Part shown: positions 36,363 to 46,169 of the stretch, piece by piece
How positions within the stretch are numbered: the stretch's first letter is position 1
Layout of the letters: each line of letters starts with the position of its first letter
Source of the DNA: an uncultured Bacteroidales bacterium
GTDB lineage: Bacteria > Bacteroidota > Bacteroidia > Bacteroidales > DTU049
NCBI GenBank assembly: GCA_964526285.1
Contig: CAZGIW010000002.1
Coordinates: forward strand, 23,594 to 87,593
Length of the DNA stretch: 64,000 nt
Direction of reading: 5' to 3'
Notes under the pieces: generated by a model
Database searches by the model: none
Told to the model about the DNA's origin: nothing
The model's input: only the letters and a program-made list of their open reading frames with translations
Position numbers and translations under genes: made by a program

Positions 36363-38468
36363 ATGGTTCAAAAAAAAATACTTATTCCCGCTGGAATTGT
36401 GCTGGGAATTGTAATTATTTTCATTCTTTTTTTAGTTTTGAGAAAGGACAATAGCTCAGATATGGTTCCTTTACTCAAAGCTGTTCCTGAGAATGCAGCA
36501 TTTGTTATCCAAATCAGTGATATTGTGAAGCTGAGTAATGAACTTGCAGATAATCAGGCATTTGGTCAGTGGAAAAATATTGAGGAATATGATACGTTGA
36601 TATATCATTTTCAACGAATAGTTCAGACCTTGAAGAATAATGATGAAGCTGCTGAAATGATTCAAAATGCAGTGATGCTCATTAGTTTTGTGTACATTGA
36701 TGATTTAAAAGATGTGTCATTTATTTTGGGTTTTTCCGAAAATAATTCATTTAAAAAAATTGCAGGTATTTTTCAGTCACTGAAGAAAGAACTGGAAATT
36801 GATGTAATAAATGAACGCAAAGGACAACATCGTATTGAATTGGTTCGTTTTGAAAAAGATACAGTGCATGTGGGCTATATTAATAATGTCATGGTTTTTT
36901 CACATAGCATTCAGTCTGTTGAACAATCAATAGGACAACTTCAAACTGAAGAAACACAGCCCTGGGAAAGTTTTTCATCTCATACCTCATCTGACGATAT
37001 GTTGTTTTCTCTGTTCTGTAGAAATGGCTCCCTGAAGGAATATCTCAACCGGTACTTTCTTGAGAATTCAATGTTTCCAATGGAGTTAATTCCAGACTCA
37101 GGAAGCATTGATGTGGTTTTAACTGAGAAAAATCAAGATGAAATAAGTTTAGTATTTAACGGTACTTTTTCACGTATGTTTGTTGAACAGGGTCATTATT
37201 CAGCCGATTACTCAATATGGTTTCATGCATTGCAGGGAAAAGCTCTGGCTGTGACAGGATATGTGGATGAGTTTGAAATTCATGAAAAAATTTCAGGTTT
37301 GTTTTCCGATAATTATATTGAATTTGTTTTTCGTCCGCTTGAAACTGAAACTTCTCCTGTTTCATTGCTTGTGTTTCACATCACGGATACTGCTGCATTT
37401 ATTCAGAACTTACAGTATTTTTCACGCCCCCTAAGTGAAGCTCAGGTAAAAAATCATAGTTTCAGTAATTGTGATACAGTAGGGGTGTTGCGTGAAGCGA
37501 CAATGATTACCCATAACCCTTTTATGTATTCAATTCTTAGAGAAAACACATATTTTGCCCTGATTCGGCAATATTTGATTGTGTCGCCATACTTAGGCAC
37601 TATTGAAAGAAGTGTGGATGATTTTGTTGAATATAACAAGCAGGAAAATTTGCAATCACAAAACTTTCATAGTAGCATGTATTTGGATTTTGCTTCTTAC
37701 TATCCTTACCTTCTTGTTTCAACTGGTTCAGAATATGAAAGTTTTTTCAGTGAAATGTATGCTGTGCTCGCTTCATACAGACATCTCCAATTTAATCTTA
37801 TATCCAAAGGAAGTATTTCAAAATTTGAAGTAATTCTGCGTATTGATCCAAAAGGACAATTTTCATTCCTTGAGGAAAATGCTGACTTTTTTCTTGGCAG
37901 AATGTTGAGAAGAAATCTGGAAATTGAGGAATCTCTTCTTGTATTGCCCAATGAGGCTAAGATGAATGAAGATAGTCCAATGTTGAATGTATATTATCCT
38001 GATAGTGTTTTGCATTATACCGGACATTTTTCTGATGGGAAACCTGATGGAACCTGGAGGTTCTATTATCCCAATGCTTCAATGCAGGCGACCATTGAAT
38101 ATAAAAACGGAAAAGCTGACGGAAGAGCCGTTTTTTATCGCTCAAATCCCGATGGTAAAATGCTGGTAACCTGCACATACAGAGGTAATACATTGCATGG
38201 ACAGTATATTGAATTTCACAAAAACGGAAAACCGGCTTTGTCGGTCAATTTTGTCAACGGAGTCATGAAAGGAAATCTAAGGTTGTATTATGCCACAGGA
38301 ACCATCATGGCTGAAACGGTTGTTGATAATAACGAAAGGATTCAGGATTATTCTTTATACACAATCACCGGTGATTTTATCGAGCCCGATAATTTCAGCG
38401 CTTCCGGCTTTATTCTCAACAACTATATTGCGTTCATCGCTGCTCAAAACTCCATGCTGGGCAAATAA
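36363..38468 (+). CDS. membrane-anchored hypothetical protein with C-terminal MORN/YwqK-type repeats
   Basis: N-terminal TM segment. C-terminal repeats YTGHFSDGKPDGTWRFYY / EYKNGKADGRAVFY / HGQYIEFHKNGK. Confidence 0.55.
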   Translation: MVQKKILIPAGIVLGIVIIFILFLVLRKDNSSDMVPLLKAVPENAAFVIQISDIVKLSNELADNQAFGQWKNIEEYDTLIYHFQRIVQTLKNNDEAAEMIQNAVMLISFVYIDDLKDVSFILGFSENNSFKKIAGIFQSLKKELEIDVINERKGQHRIELVRFEKDTVHVGYINNVMVFSHSIQSVEQSIGQLQTEETQPWESFSSHTSSDDMLFSLFCRNGSLKEYLNRYFLENSMFPMELIPDSGSIDVVLTEKNQDEISLVFNGTFSRMFVEQGHYSADYSIWFHALQGKALAVTGYVDEFEIHEKISGLFSDNYIEFVFRPLETETSPVSLLVFHITDTAAFIQNLQYFSRPLSEAQVKNHSFSNCDTVGVLREATMITHNPFMYSILRENTYFALIRQYLIVSPYLGTIERSVDDFVEYNKQENLQSQNFHSSMYLDFASYYPYLLVSTGSEYESFFSEMYAVLASYRHLQFNLISKGSISKFEVILRIDPKGQFSFLEENADFFLGRMLRRNLEIEESLLVLPNEAKMNEDSPMLNVYYPDSVLHYTGHFSDGKPDGTWRFYYPNASMQATIEYKNGKADGRAVFYRSNPDGKMLVTCTYRGNTLHGQYIEFHKNGKPALSVNFVNGVMKGNLRLYYATGTIMAETVVDNNERIQDYSLYTITGDFIEPDNFSASGFILNNYIAFIAAQNSMLGK

Positions 38469-39137
38469 GTTCCATAGGGTATCTCCATCAGGAGGATTTG
38501 CAACGAAACGAAAACACTCTTTCTTAACAGGATGAACAAATGCAAGCCCATGTGCATGCAAATGAATAGACCCGTTTTTGTTGCTCCGGGATGCTCCGTA
38601 TTTTAAATCACCTTTTATGGGACAGCCAATATGTGACAACTGCGCACGTATCTGATGATGTCTTCCGGTGATGAGCTCAACTTCAATTAATGAATATCGT
38701 TCAGTCTTGCCCATAATCTGATAGTTCAAAATAGCTTCTTTTGAATGTGGTGTTTCAGACTCAACAATATACGATTTGTTTTGTTTTTCGTTTTTCTTTA
38801 AGAAATGTTTTAAAGTCCCTGAATGATTAGCAGGTTCAGATTCACAAACAGCCCAATAGGTTTTCTTTACCACTGATTCTCTGAAGATTGCATTCATTCT
38901 CTCAAGTGCCTTTGATGTTTTTGCAAATACAACAATTCCACTGCAAGGTCTGTCAAGTCTGTGTGTTAATCCCATAAACACATTGCCCGGTTTATTCTCG
39001 GATTCTCTGATATACTCTCTTAAATGCTCAAGCAGAGGCAAATCACCAGTCTTGTCGCCTTGAACAAGCTGTCCGGGCAACTTATTCACAACCAGCAAGT
39101 GATTGTCCTCAAAAATAATCTGATTTTTAATATCCAA
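38355..39137 (-). CDS. RluA-family pseudouridine synthase
   Basis: HRLDRPCSGIVVFAKT (catalytic Asp), GRHHQIRAQL and HLHAH. The last about 35 codons overlap the convergent gene. Confidence 0.85.
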   Translation of the reverse strand: MDIKNQIIFEDNHLLVVNKLPGQLVQGDKTGDLPLLEHLREYIRESENKPGNVFMGLTHRLDRPCSGIVVFAKTSKALERMNAIFRESVVKKTYWAVCESEPANHSGTLKHFLKKNEKQNKSYIVESETPHSKEAILNYQIMGKTERYSLIEVELITGRHHQIRAQLSHIGCPIKGDLKYGASRSNKNGSIHLHAHGLAFVHPVKKECFRFVANPPDGDTLWNLFAQHGVLSSDERNIVVENKAGSAEIIGLDKITGDCV

Positions 39138-39244
39138 TATTTTCTATTTTTTTACACTGAGTAAGCGAAGCGCATCGAAGTGCTATCTTCTATTTTCTAT
39201 TTTCTATCTTCTATCTTATGGATTGTCAGCACATTACAATAAAC

Positions 39245-40069
39245 CTAATACTGCTCCGACTCATTAGGAAAGTCTTTTGATTTTACGTCATCAATATACT
39301 GAGATACGGCTTTAAAAATTTCTGCATCCAGATTGTGATATCTTCTGAGGAAGCGGGGAGAAAACTCCTGAGTGACGCCCAGCATATCATGAAGCACAAG
39401 CACCTGACCATCAACATTTTTGCCAGCACCAATACCAATTGTGGGAACACTGACAGATTTTGTAACCTGAGTGGCCAGTTTTGAAGGGATTTTTTCAAGT
39501 ACGATTGCAAAGCAGCCTGCCTGACTAAGCAATTTAGCATCTTCCATCAGTTTGTGGGCTTCCTGACTATCAGTGGCTCTCACCACGTAAGTTCCGAATT
39601 TATTGATTGACTGAGGTGTTAATCCAAGATGTGCCATTACAGGTATTCCGGCAGAAAGGATTCTTTCCACCGACTCTAGGATTTCTTTTCCACCTTCCAT
39701 TTTCACAGCATTGGCTGATGATTCCTTCATAATCTTAATTGCAGAATTCAATGCCTCTTTTGAGTTCCCCTGATAGGTTCCGAAAGGCAAATCTACAACT
39801 ACAAGGGCACGCGAAACGGCTCTCATCACAGAGGAAGCATGATAAATCATCTGGTCCAGTGTGATGGGCAATGTTGTTTTGTGACCAGCCATCACATTTG
39901 AAGCGGAATCTCCAACAAGAATAATATCAATTCCTGCGCGATCCAATATTCTGGCATATGAGTAATCATAGGCTGTGAGCATTGAAATTTTTTCACCTTT
40001 TTGCTTCATGGATTGGAGCACATGAGTAGTGATTTTGGTGAAAATATGACTTTCTTTCATTTTATTCAT
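39245..40069 (-). CDS. panB: 3-methyl-2-oxobutanoate hydroxymethyltransferase
   Basis: [21 protein letters not shown] and VKMEGG. The track start at 40087 is TTG, with ATGs at 40069 and 40060. Confidence 0.9.
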   Translation of the reverse strand: MNKMKESHIFTKITTHVLQSMKQKGEKISMLTAYDYSYARILDRAGIDIILVGDSASNVMAGHKTTLPITLDQMIYHASSVMRAVSRALVVVDLPFGTYQGNSKEALNSAIKIMKESSANAVKMEGGKEILESVERILSAGIPVMAHLGLTPQSINKFGTYVVRATDSQEAHKLMEDAKLLSQAGCFAIVLEKIPSKLATQVTKSVSVPTIGIGAGKNVDGQVLVLHDMLGVTQEFSPRFLRRYHNLDAEIFKAVSQYIDDVKSKDFPNESEQY

Positions 40070-40183
40070 TTTAAAAATGAACGGCAAAGTTCGTAATTAT
40101 TTTTTGAAAGTATGTTTTGTTTCTCCAAATAAAAAAAAAGACCGCTCATGAGAACAGTCTTTTTTTTGTAATATTGAGTGATA

Positions 40184-41455
40184 TTATTTTTCAATAATCA
40201 ATTGTCTCAGTTCATCAATTTGTCTTTGCAACTCATCAATCTGATGTTGTTGTGACTCAATAATTAGCTGTTGTTCCTGAATGGCTTTGATCGCAATAAT
40301 TGACATATTCCCGTATGCTATACCATAATATGAATCTTCACTGTCATTATCTTTGCTTACAACTTCAGGGAATAATGGCTCAACATCCTGAGCAATAAAA
40401 CCAATAGTGTTTGAGTTTTCACGTTTTTTAAAACTATACCTGACAGGGTTAAGTAACATAACCCGGTCAAGCACACTTTCCATACTTGTTATTCCTGTTT
40501 TTAAACGTGCATCTGATGTTGTTGTCCAAGCTCCAGTTGATTCAGAAACATATGCAACTCGAACATTGTTAAATGCAAAACTCAAATAACTATTACTGTT
40601 ATAGATAGTCCATAATGCAGTACTTGAACTGTTTTCTAATGAAATGCCTGCATCGCCTGGAGTATCAAATGCTGTCTGGGGGTGCTGTTTTACATGAAAA
40701 GTAGTTACTGGTGTTGAGATTCCAATTGCAACTTTTCCATTATTTTTTATAGTCATTCTCTCAGTAGGAACTCCACCACTCAATCTTGTTAGAAAGGTCA
40801 TTTCTGAAGAATAATTACCAGATGAGTTTCCCGTTGCAACAAAGGAAATTTTATTGGGAGAGCCAACAGTTGAATACGCATTAATAACCAAACCGCCATA
40901 ACCTGCATATGTGGGGGCATCATAGGCTGTGCTGCCTGTTCTTAATCCAAAAAAGCCATTGCTGACATCAAGTTTAGTTAAGGGACTTGTAAGTCCTATT
41001 CCTACATTGCCGGAATTGCTGTTGTAAATATCATTTCCTGCAACAGTCCAGTTTGAACTTCCACCGCCTGCAATTGATCCTGCAAATAATGCATATGGTA
41101 CAGAAAGCAATTGTGAAGTTCCCATGTCCTCATAACCTGATCCTGCATCAACTTCAACTTTAACTGAGTATGTGTCTGCTCCCCAGTCAATTGTTGCAAA
41201 AACACCTGACACAACTGTGCCTTCACCAATATTTAATGTAACAAGGCCAAACTGTGAGGTTGTAACGGAATGTGTTTCCACATACACATCAGTAGTGGAA
41301 TTCTCAATTGTGATTTGAAGAGTGACTGCCTGACTGACAATTAAATCATCATTGCTGTCTCTCAAAACAGCCTGATACTTGAAAGCTTGAGGAGCTTGTG
41401 CGTACAAAACTCCTGTGATAACTAAAGCTATGCTAATTAAAAATAACTTTTTCAT
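40184..41455 (-). CDS. secreted tail-fibre-like protein with C-terminal peptidase S74 intramolecular chaperone domain
   Basis: Signal peptide. SDARLKTGI......L..V..L.PV.Y.....(FIAQDVEPLFPEVV) and a terminal coiled coil. Confidence 0.7.
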   Translation of the reverse strand: MKKLFLISIALVITGVLYAQAPQAFKYQAVLRDSNDDLIVSQAVTLQITIENSTTDVYVETHSVTTSQFGLVTLNIGEGTVVSGVFATIDWGADTYSVKVEVDAGSGYEDMGTSQLLSVPYALFAGSIAGGGSSNWTVAGNDIYNSNSGNVGIGLTSPLTKLDVSNGFFGLRTGSTAYDAPTYAGYGGLVINAYSTVGSPNKISFVATGNSSGNYSSEMTFLTRLSGGVPTERMTIKNNGKVAIGISTPVTTFHVKQHPQTAFDTPGDAGISLENSSSTALWTIYNSNSYLSFAFNNVRVAYVSESTGAWTTTSDARLKTGITSMESVLDRVMLLNPVRYSFKKRENSNTIGFIAQDVEPLFPEVVSKDNDSEDSYYGIAYGNMSIIAIKAIQEQQLIIESQQHQIDELQRQIDELRQLIIEK

Positions 41456-41485
41456 AATTTTTTGTTTTTTGGGGTTATAAATTAT

Positions 41486-41971
41486 TTAACGGGTTTTTAA
41501 AATCTTTGCGTTCAAAACTTCGCTTGTTGAAACTTTCCTGATTTGCAAAAGGTAGGTTCCGGTGGCAAACGAGTGCATGTTAATTGTGTTAGAGCCACCA
41601 ACAAGTGTGCTGGCTGATAACAGTTTGCCGTTGAGGTCAAACAAACTGCAAACGAATTCTCCTGAATAATGAGAAGGAATCTCAATTGTAAGTTCGTCTG
41701 TGACAGGGTTCGGAAAGAAACTGATGTCTGTGAGACCCTCAGGTTCTTCAATTGAAGTAATTGTGAGAGATGGTTGATGAAACCCCTGAGTCAACGTTAA
41801 ATTTGTTGTCTCAAATGTTTCAATTACAGGTTCTCCGATTGTGTAATCAATCTGGAGATTTGCAGATGAAGTACTTGCTCCGCCCGATGATATAACATCA
41901 TTCTGAATGCTTTGCGCACTCAATAAAAATGCAGAGAAGACAATAATTAAGGATAGAAAATAATGTTTCAT
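41486..41971 (-). CDS. small secreted protein with T9SS type A sorting domain
   Basis: Signal peptide. FFPNPVTDELTIEIP...GTYLLQIRK C-terminus. Confidence 0.7.
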   Translation of the reverse strand: MKHYFLSLIIVFSAFLLSAQSIQNDVISSGGASTSSANLQIDYTIGEPVIETFETTNLTLTQGFHQPSLTITSIEEPEGLTDISFFPNPVTDELTIEIPSHYSGEFVCSLFDLNGKLLSASTLVGGSNTINMHSFATGTYLLQIRKVSTSEVLNAKILKTR

Positions 41972-42127
41972 ATTAGTTTATTTTTTACAAAAGTATAATT
42001 TTTTTTTAATGAATCAATAATTTATAGAAAATTTAATATTGTTTAAAGTATAAAACTACACATTGTTTAAACTAATAACAAGTTCGTGAATCGCTGAAAA
42101 TGTCTATTTTTGAAAATTATTTCAAAT

Positions 42128-42874
42128 ATGATATCAGTAATCATCATAACATACAACGAAGAAAACAACATCGGAAGGTGTCTTGAGGCTGCCAGTCATG
42201 TGGCTGATGAGATTGTTGTTATTGATTCTTTTTCCCAAGATAAAACTCAGGAAATTTGTGTTTCATTTGGAGTAAAATTTCTGAGCAGACAATGGGAAGG
42301 CTATTCCAAAGCGAAGAATTTTGGCAATGCTCAGGCATCACATAATTATATCCTCTCATTGGATGCTGATGAGGTGCTTTCAGAAGAATTGATTCAGTCA
42401 ATTAATGCAAAAAAAGAAAATCTAAGTGGAGCATATCAATTCAACCGGCTTACAAATTATGCCGGAAAGTGGGTCAGGCATTGCGGATGGTATCCCGATC
42501 CAAAAATTCGTCTTTTCCCCAAAGACAAAGCTCAATGGATAGGCGATTTTGTCCATGAAATTCTGGAAGTTGAATCAAATGTTGCTATCAACAAACTCAA
42601 AGGTGACTTGCTGCATTATTCATATATCTCAAAAGCAGACCACCTTTCGCGAATTGAGAAATATTCGGTACTTCATGCTCAGAAACTGTTCAATGAAGGG
42701 AGAAAGTCAGGATTTTTTAAAAAAATTATCAGTCCTTTTGCGAAATTTGTAAGAGATTATATCTTTCAGCTGGGTTTTTTGGATGGAAAAACAGGGTTTA
42801 CAATTTGCCGTCTTTCTGCCAGGGCAGTATATCTGAAATATGTAAAACTGGAAAAACTAATCAGAAATCAATAG
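42128..42874 (+). CDS. family 2 glycosyltransferase
   Basis: ISVIIITYNEENNIGRCLE...DSFSQD...LSLDADE. The ATG at 42128 is preferred over the TTG at 42110. Confidence 0.8.
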   Translation: MISVIIITYNEENNIGRCLEAASHVADEIVVIDSFSQDKTQEICVSFGVKFLSRQWEGYSKAKNFGNAQASHNYILSLDADEVLSEELIQSINAKKENLSGAYQFNRLTNYAGKWVRHCGWYPDPKIRLFPKDKAQWIGDFVHEILEVESNVAINKLKGDLLHYSYISKADHLSRIEKYSVLHAQKLFNEGRKSGFFKKIISPFAKFVRDYIFQLGFLDGKTGFTICRLSARAVYLKYVKLEKLIRNQ

Positions 42875-42908
42875 TGTTTTTTTGTTTTTCCCCATAGCAT
42901 GCTACTTT

Positions 42909-43038
42909 TATCAACACAACTTCAGTTGTGTTGGATTACAATACATTGCGTTCAACTATTATTCAAAAGTTGCCATGAGCTTCAGCTCGTGGAAAAAGAA
43001 CAACCCCCACATCACGGGGTTTTAACCCCCCTTCAACC
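42909..43038 (+). repeat. intergenic hairpin repeat unit, copy A (130 nt)
   Basis: TATCAACACAACTTCAGTTGTGTTGG hairpin, then TTGCCATGAGCTTCAGCTCGTGG hairpin, then a CCCC/GGGG/CCCC tail. Near-identical to 43302-43431. Confidence 0.8.
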
Positions 43039-43137
43039 CGATGAAGCATGTTTGTGGGAGAATAAAAGTTCAATTAATAAATGCGAATTTTAAGAATATT
43101 ATTGTATTGTTGTCTCGCGAAAAACACTGCTTTTTGT

Positions 43138-43301
43138 TATCAACACAACTTCAGTTGTGTTGAGTATTCCACATTGCTTTCAACAATTTTTTTAATTGCC
43201 ACGAGCTTCTGCAGTATGTCTGAAAAATGAGAAAAAGAAAAAAAACGAATCAGTAGCAAATAGTGGTTTTTTATTTTTTTCAATTGAATGACCTTTTTTT
43301 C
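43138..43301 (+). repeat. intergenic hairpin repeat unit, copy B (variant with long A/T-rich tail)
   Basis: Same 5' hairpin module, then TTGCCACGAGCTTCTGCAGTATGTCTGAAAAATGAG... From 43197 on it is shared with 49384-49489. Confidence 0.8.
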
Positions 43302-43431
43302 TATCAACACAACTTCAGTTGTGTTGGAGCAGAATATATTGCGTTCAACTATTATTCAAAAGTTGCCATGAGCTTCAGCTCGTGGAAAAAGAACAACCCC
43401 CATATCACGGGGTTTTAACCCCCCTTCAACC
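43302..43431 (+). repeat. intergenic hairpin repeat unit, copy C (130 nt)
   Basis: Collinear with copy A with only a few substitutions. Its 3' end overlaps the TGA stop of the gene at 43426-44604. Confidence 0.8.
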
Positions 43432-44604
43432 AGTCTTAATCCTTTTCAGAGCATCAGCAAGATACTCATATTGTTCAAGGCTGTTATACAAATGGCATGA
43501 AAACCGAAGAAGTCTTTGTCCAGAGTCTGGTAATCTGAATACAGGAACTTCAATTTGATATTCATTTGCCAGTTGTTGCTGCAGAGGATCAGGTTCGCCA
43601 GGCGCTATTGAATTTGATAAATCAGGAAGCGGAAACGAAGTCATGCAGGCAAGCATGTGAGCAGGGCAGGGAAGAGGAATGTTTATTTCTTCGCAAATAA
43701 GCTGAGCAGCCCTTTGGTTCAATTCATTGTTATGATTAATGATATCTGAATAATCTGTTTCTGAAATTTCCTGAAGAGTTTCTATTGCTTCAGGGATGCA
43801 CAAAAACGGTGTAGGATCATATGTGCCAGTCCAGTAAAATCTGTCCTGAAACTCATTCCCTTTTACATTAATCATACTGAAATTCAGAGGAACCAGGTTA
43901 AACTGAAACTCAGGGTGTGCCCATAGAAAAGCAGCACCTTTGGGACTACACATCCATTTGTGGCAATTGCCGGTATAAAAATGAACACCCAGTTCTTCAA
44001 TATTCAAAGGAATTGCTCCGGGAGCATGTGCACCGTCAACCAGAATCTCTGTTTGTGTGTCCGAAATTGCCTGAGAGATTTTTTTTACAGGATACACAAA
44101 TCCGGTGGGTGATGCAATATGGTCAAGAATAACAAGTCGTGTGTCAGGCTTGATGGCTTTCAGAACAGGTCTGATGACTTCATCTTCGTGTGCAAAAGGA
44201 TAGGGAAGGATGACCTCATCTACCTGATAGCCAAAACGATGGGAGTGATAATACACGGCATTGCGACAGGCCGGATATATCTGATTTGTGATTAAAACTC
44301 TGTCGCTTTCACCCCAGTAAAGAGAATTCAAAACAGTATTGACCCCTTCTGTAGCATTTTTAACAAAAACCATGTCATGCGAATTGCAACCAGTGAATTT
44401 TGCAAGCAACTGTTTGGCATTTTCCAGCAAATCAGGCAGGTCATAAAGCAGAAACTTCATTGGCTGTTTTTCAAGTTGCTCTCTGAAAAATGTCTGTTTT
44501 TCCAGGACTTTTGCAGGGCATGCGCCAAATGACCCGTGATTCAGATACACTGTGTTTCTGTCCAACAACCAGTGATGAATTTTATTGGAATAATGAGGCA
44601 ACAT
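43426..44604 (-). CDS. class V aminotransferase-fold PLP-dependent enzyme (isopenicillin-N-epimerase/cysteine-desulfurase-like)
   Basis: YLNHGSFGACP and GNCHKWMCSPKGAAFLW (PLP Lys). Confidence 0.8.
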   Translation of the reverse strand: MLPHYSNKIHHWLLDRNTVYLNHGSFGACPAKVLEKQTFFREQLEKQPMKFLLYDLPDLLENAKQLLAKFTGCNSHDMVFVKNATEGVNTVLNSLYWGESDRVLITNQIYPACRNAVYYHSHRFGYQVDEVILPYPFAHEDEVIRPVLKAIKPDTRLVILDHIASPTGFVYPVKKISQAISDTQTEILVDGAHAPGAIPLNIEELGVHFYTGNCHKWMCSPKGAAFLWAHPEFQFNLVPLNFSMINVKGNEFQDRFYWTGTYDPTPFLCIPEAIETLQEISETDYSDIINHNNELNQRAAQLICEEINIPLPCPAHMLACMTSFPLPDLSNSIAPGEPDPLQQQLANEYQIEVPVFRLPDSGQRLLRFSCHLYNSLEQYEYLADALKRIKTG

Positions 44605-44610
44605 ACATTT

Positions 44611-44829
44611 TTAAATTTCAGAGTTATCTACATCCTTGCTTTCGGCAGTGTCAAAGCTTTTTAAAATATTATCAATATCATCTTCGGTTTCCCTAAGCTT
44701 CGTGCGGCAAAACGTAATTAGTTCACCTGCACGTTTGATTTTTTCTGATAAGTTGTCAATATCAGCATCTCCCCGCTCGATATCTGATATTATTATATCC
44801 AGTTCTGCTTTTGCTTCTTTGTAATTCAT
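44611..44829 (-). CDS. xseB: exodeoxyribonuclease VII small subunit
   Basis: 72 aa. YKEAKAELDIIISDIERGDADIDNL....RAGELITFCRTKL. Sits directly downstream of xseA. Confidence 0.85.
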   Translation of the reverse strand: MNYKEAKAELDIIISDIERGDADIDNLSEKIKRAGELITFCRTKLRETEDDIDNILKSFDTAESKDVDNSEI

Positions 44830-44846
44830 AACAGATTTTTTTAGAT

Positions 44847-46169
44847 TTATTGAATGGTGTGTTTTTTGTCTGTAACAACACTCAGGATTTTGCCATCAGC
44901 AACAATTGTTTCAATTGCGTCTCCTTCTGTGATGTTGTGACTGTTTTTGATTGTTTTGCCTTTTTTACGTGTTATACTATAACCCTTTTTTAATAAAAGC
45001 AGTGGGTCATGTGCTTTAACATACTTTTCGCCTGAAAGCAATAATGCCTCTTCCTTTTCAAACATTCTTTTGCCTGATGCTTTCATGTTTTTGAAAGCAT
45101 GTGTCAGTGAAGCTTTTTCCAAAGTTAACAGAGCTTTTGGTTTTGATGAAATCAGTCCGGAATATTTACTGAGCAAAATGTTTTCATTTTGAGTCAGCAG
45201 TTTGGGCTTATATCGAATACTTGCAGCAGCTTTTTCAAGTTGCATTTCCTGATAATCAAGCAAGCGCACAGTGAGTCGGTTAATCTTTTCAACTTTTTCG
45301 TTTATGGAATTTTCAAATTCAAGGCATAGGCTGATAATATACTGAGCCACAGCCGTAGGTGTTTCCTTGTGGACAGCAGCCACTTCATCAGCCACAGTAT
45401 AGTCGGTTGTGTGACCAATTCCTGTAACAACTGGTAAACTGCAATTTGCAATAGCTTCAGCCAGAATGTATGAGTTGAAACAGTGCAGATCCACATTGCC
45501 ACCGCCACCGCGAACCAGCACAACAAAATCAAATTCGCCGGAGCGTGTTTCAATTAACTTCATTTGTCCGGCAATACTTTCAGCTGCTTTGTTTCCCTGA
45601 AGCATCACAGGAAAGAGTTTTACATTAAATTTATACTTGTGCTGATTGTTCAGAAGTACATTTGCAAAGTCTTCAAATCCCTTCGAATCAATAGCTGATA
45701 ATGCTGCAATGCGCTGTGGAACGGGTGGGAGAGAGGTGAGTTTGTTTTTCTCGTAGAGTCCGGTTTTTTTTAGTTGATCAATTGTTTTCTGACGATCGAG
45801 CATCATTTCTCCAATTGTGTATTCGCCTTTAATGTCGAAAATATTCAGACTTAAACCATAGCGTGGACTGTAATTTACTACAACAAGACACAAAATACTG
45901 ATGTCCTGTTTCAGGTCAAATCCGGTTGTTTCAGCAAACTTGTCGTTGATGCGCTGGTAATTGTTCTGCCATATGATTCCTCGCATTTCAGCCTTTGGAA
46001 AAGCACTGCCGGCATCTTTGTCAATAAGATTGAGATAGCAGTGTCCTCGCCTCAGATTGATAGATGAAATTTCAGCTGTAACCCAAAAGTATTTGCCACC
46101 GAATGAATCATCAAGATATGATTCAAGCATCAGTGTCAGGTCGAATAGGCTGATGATGTTATTATTCAT
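44847..46169 (-). CDS. xseA: exodeoxyribonuclease VII large subunit
   Basis: N-terminal OB fold (FWVTAEISSINLRRGHCYLNLIDK), RGGGG motif (VLVRGGGGNVDL) and GIGHTTD. Confidence 0.9.
   Translation of the reverse strand: MNNNIISLFDLTLMLESYLDDSFGGKYFWVTAEISSINLRRGHCYLNLIDKDAGSAFPKAEMRGIIWQNNYQRINDKFAETTGFDLKQDISILCLVVVNYSPRYGLSLNIFDIKGEYTIGEMMLDRQKTIDQLKKTGLYEKNKLTSLPPVPQRIAALSAIDSKGFEDFANVLLNNQHKYKFNVKLFPVMLQGNKAAESIAGQMKLIETRSGEFDFVVLVRGGGGNVDLHCFNSYILAEAIANCSLPVVTGIGHTTDYTVADEVAAVHKETPTAVAQYIISLCLEFENSINEKVEKINRLTVRLLDYQEMQLEKAAASIRYKPKLLTQNENILLSKYSGLISSKPKALLTLEKASLTHAFKNMKASGKRMFEKEEALLLSGEKYVKAHDPLLLLKKGYSITRKKGKTIKNSHNITEGDAIETIVADGKILSVVTDKKHTIQ

Noticed and set aside
39137-39245. Relationship between the TTCTAT runs here and the ATAGAA runs at 47305-47340
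   Set aside because: Both are short, AT-rich, low-complexity tracts in opposite orientation. The resemblance is too weak to call a repeat family without a statistical search.
40184-41455. Prophage, suggested by the tail-fibre/S74 domain here and the 'phage Gp37/Gp68' family protein at 59303-60019
   Set aside because: No capsid, portal, terminase, tail tube, lysis, integrase or repressor genes appear anywhere in the window. Both families are commonly found in cellular contexts.
42909-43431. CRISPR array
   Set aside because: Only three units are present, with unequal spacing (229 and 164 nt). The intervening sequences are themselves repeated, the units are far longer than CRISPR repeats, and no cas genes are present.
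42899-43558. Small ORFs 42899..43093 and 43319..43558 encoding near-identical peptides (..IHCVQLLFKSCHELQLVEKEQPP.HGVLTPLQP..)
   Set aside because: Their similarity is a by-product of the nucleotide repeat. The conserved parts coincide with the RNA/DNA hairpins, there is no plausible promoter or start context, and the second ORF runs antisense into a well-supported gene.
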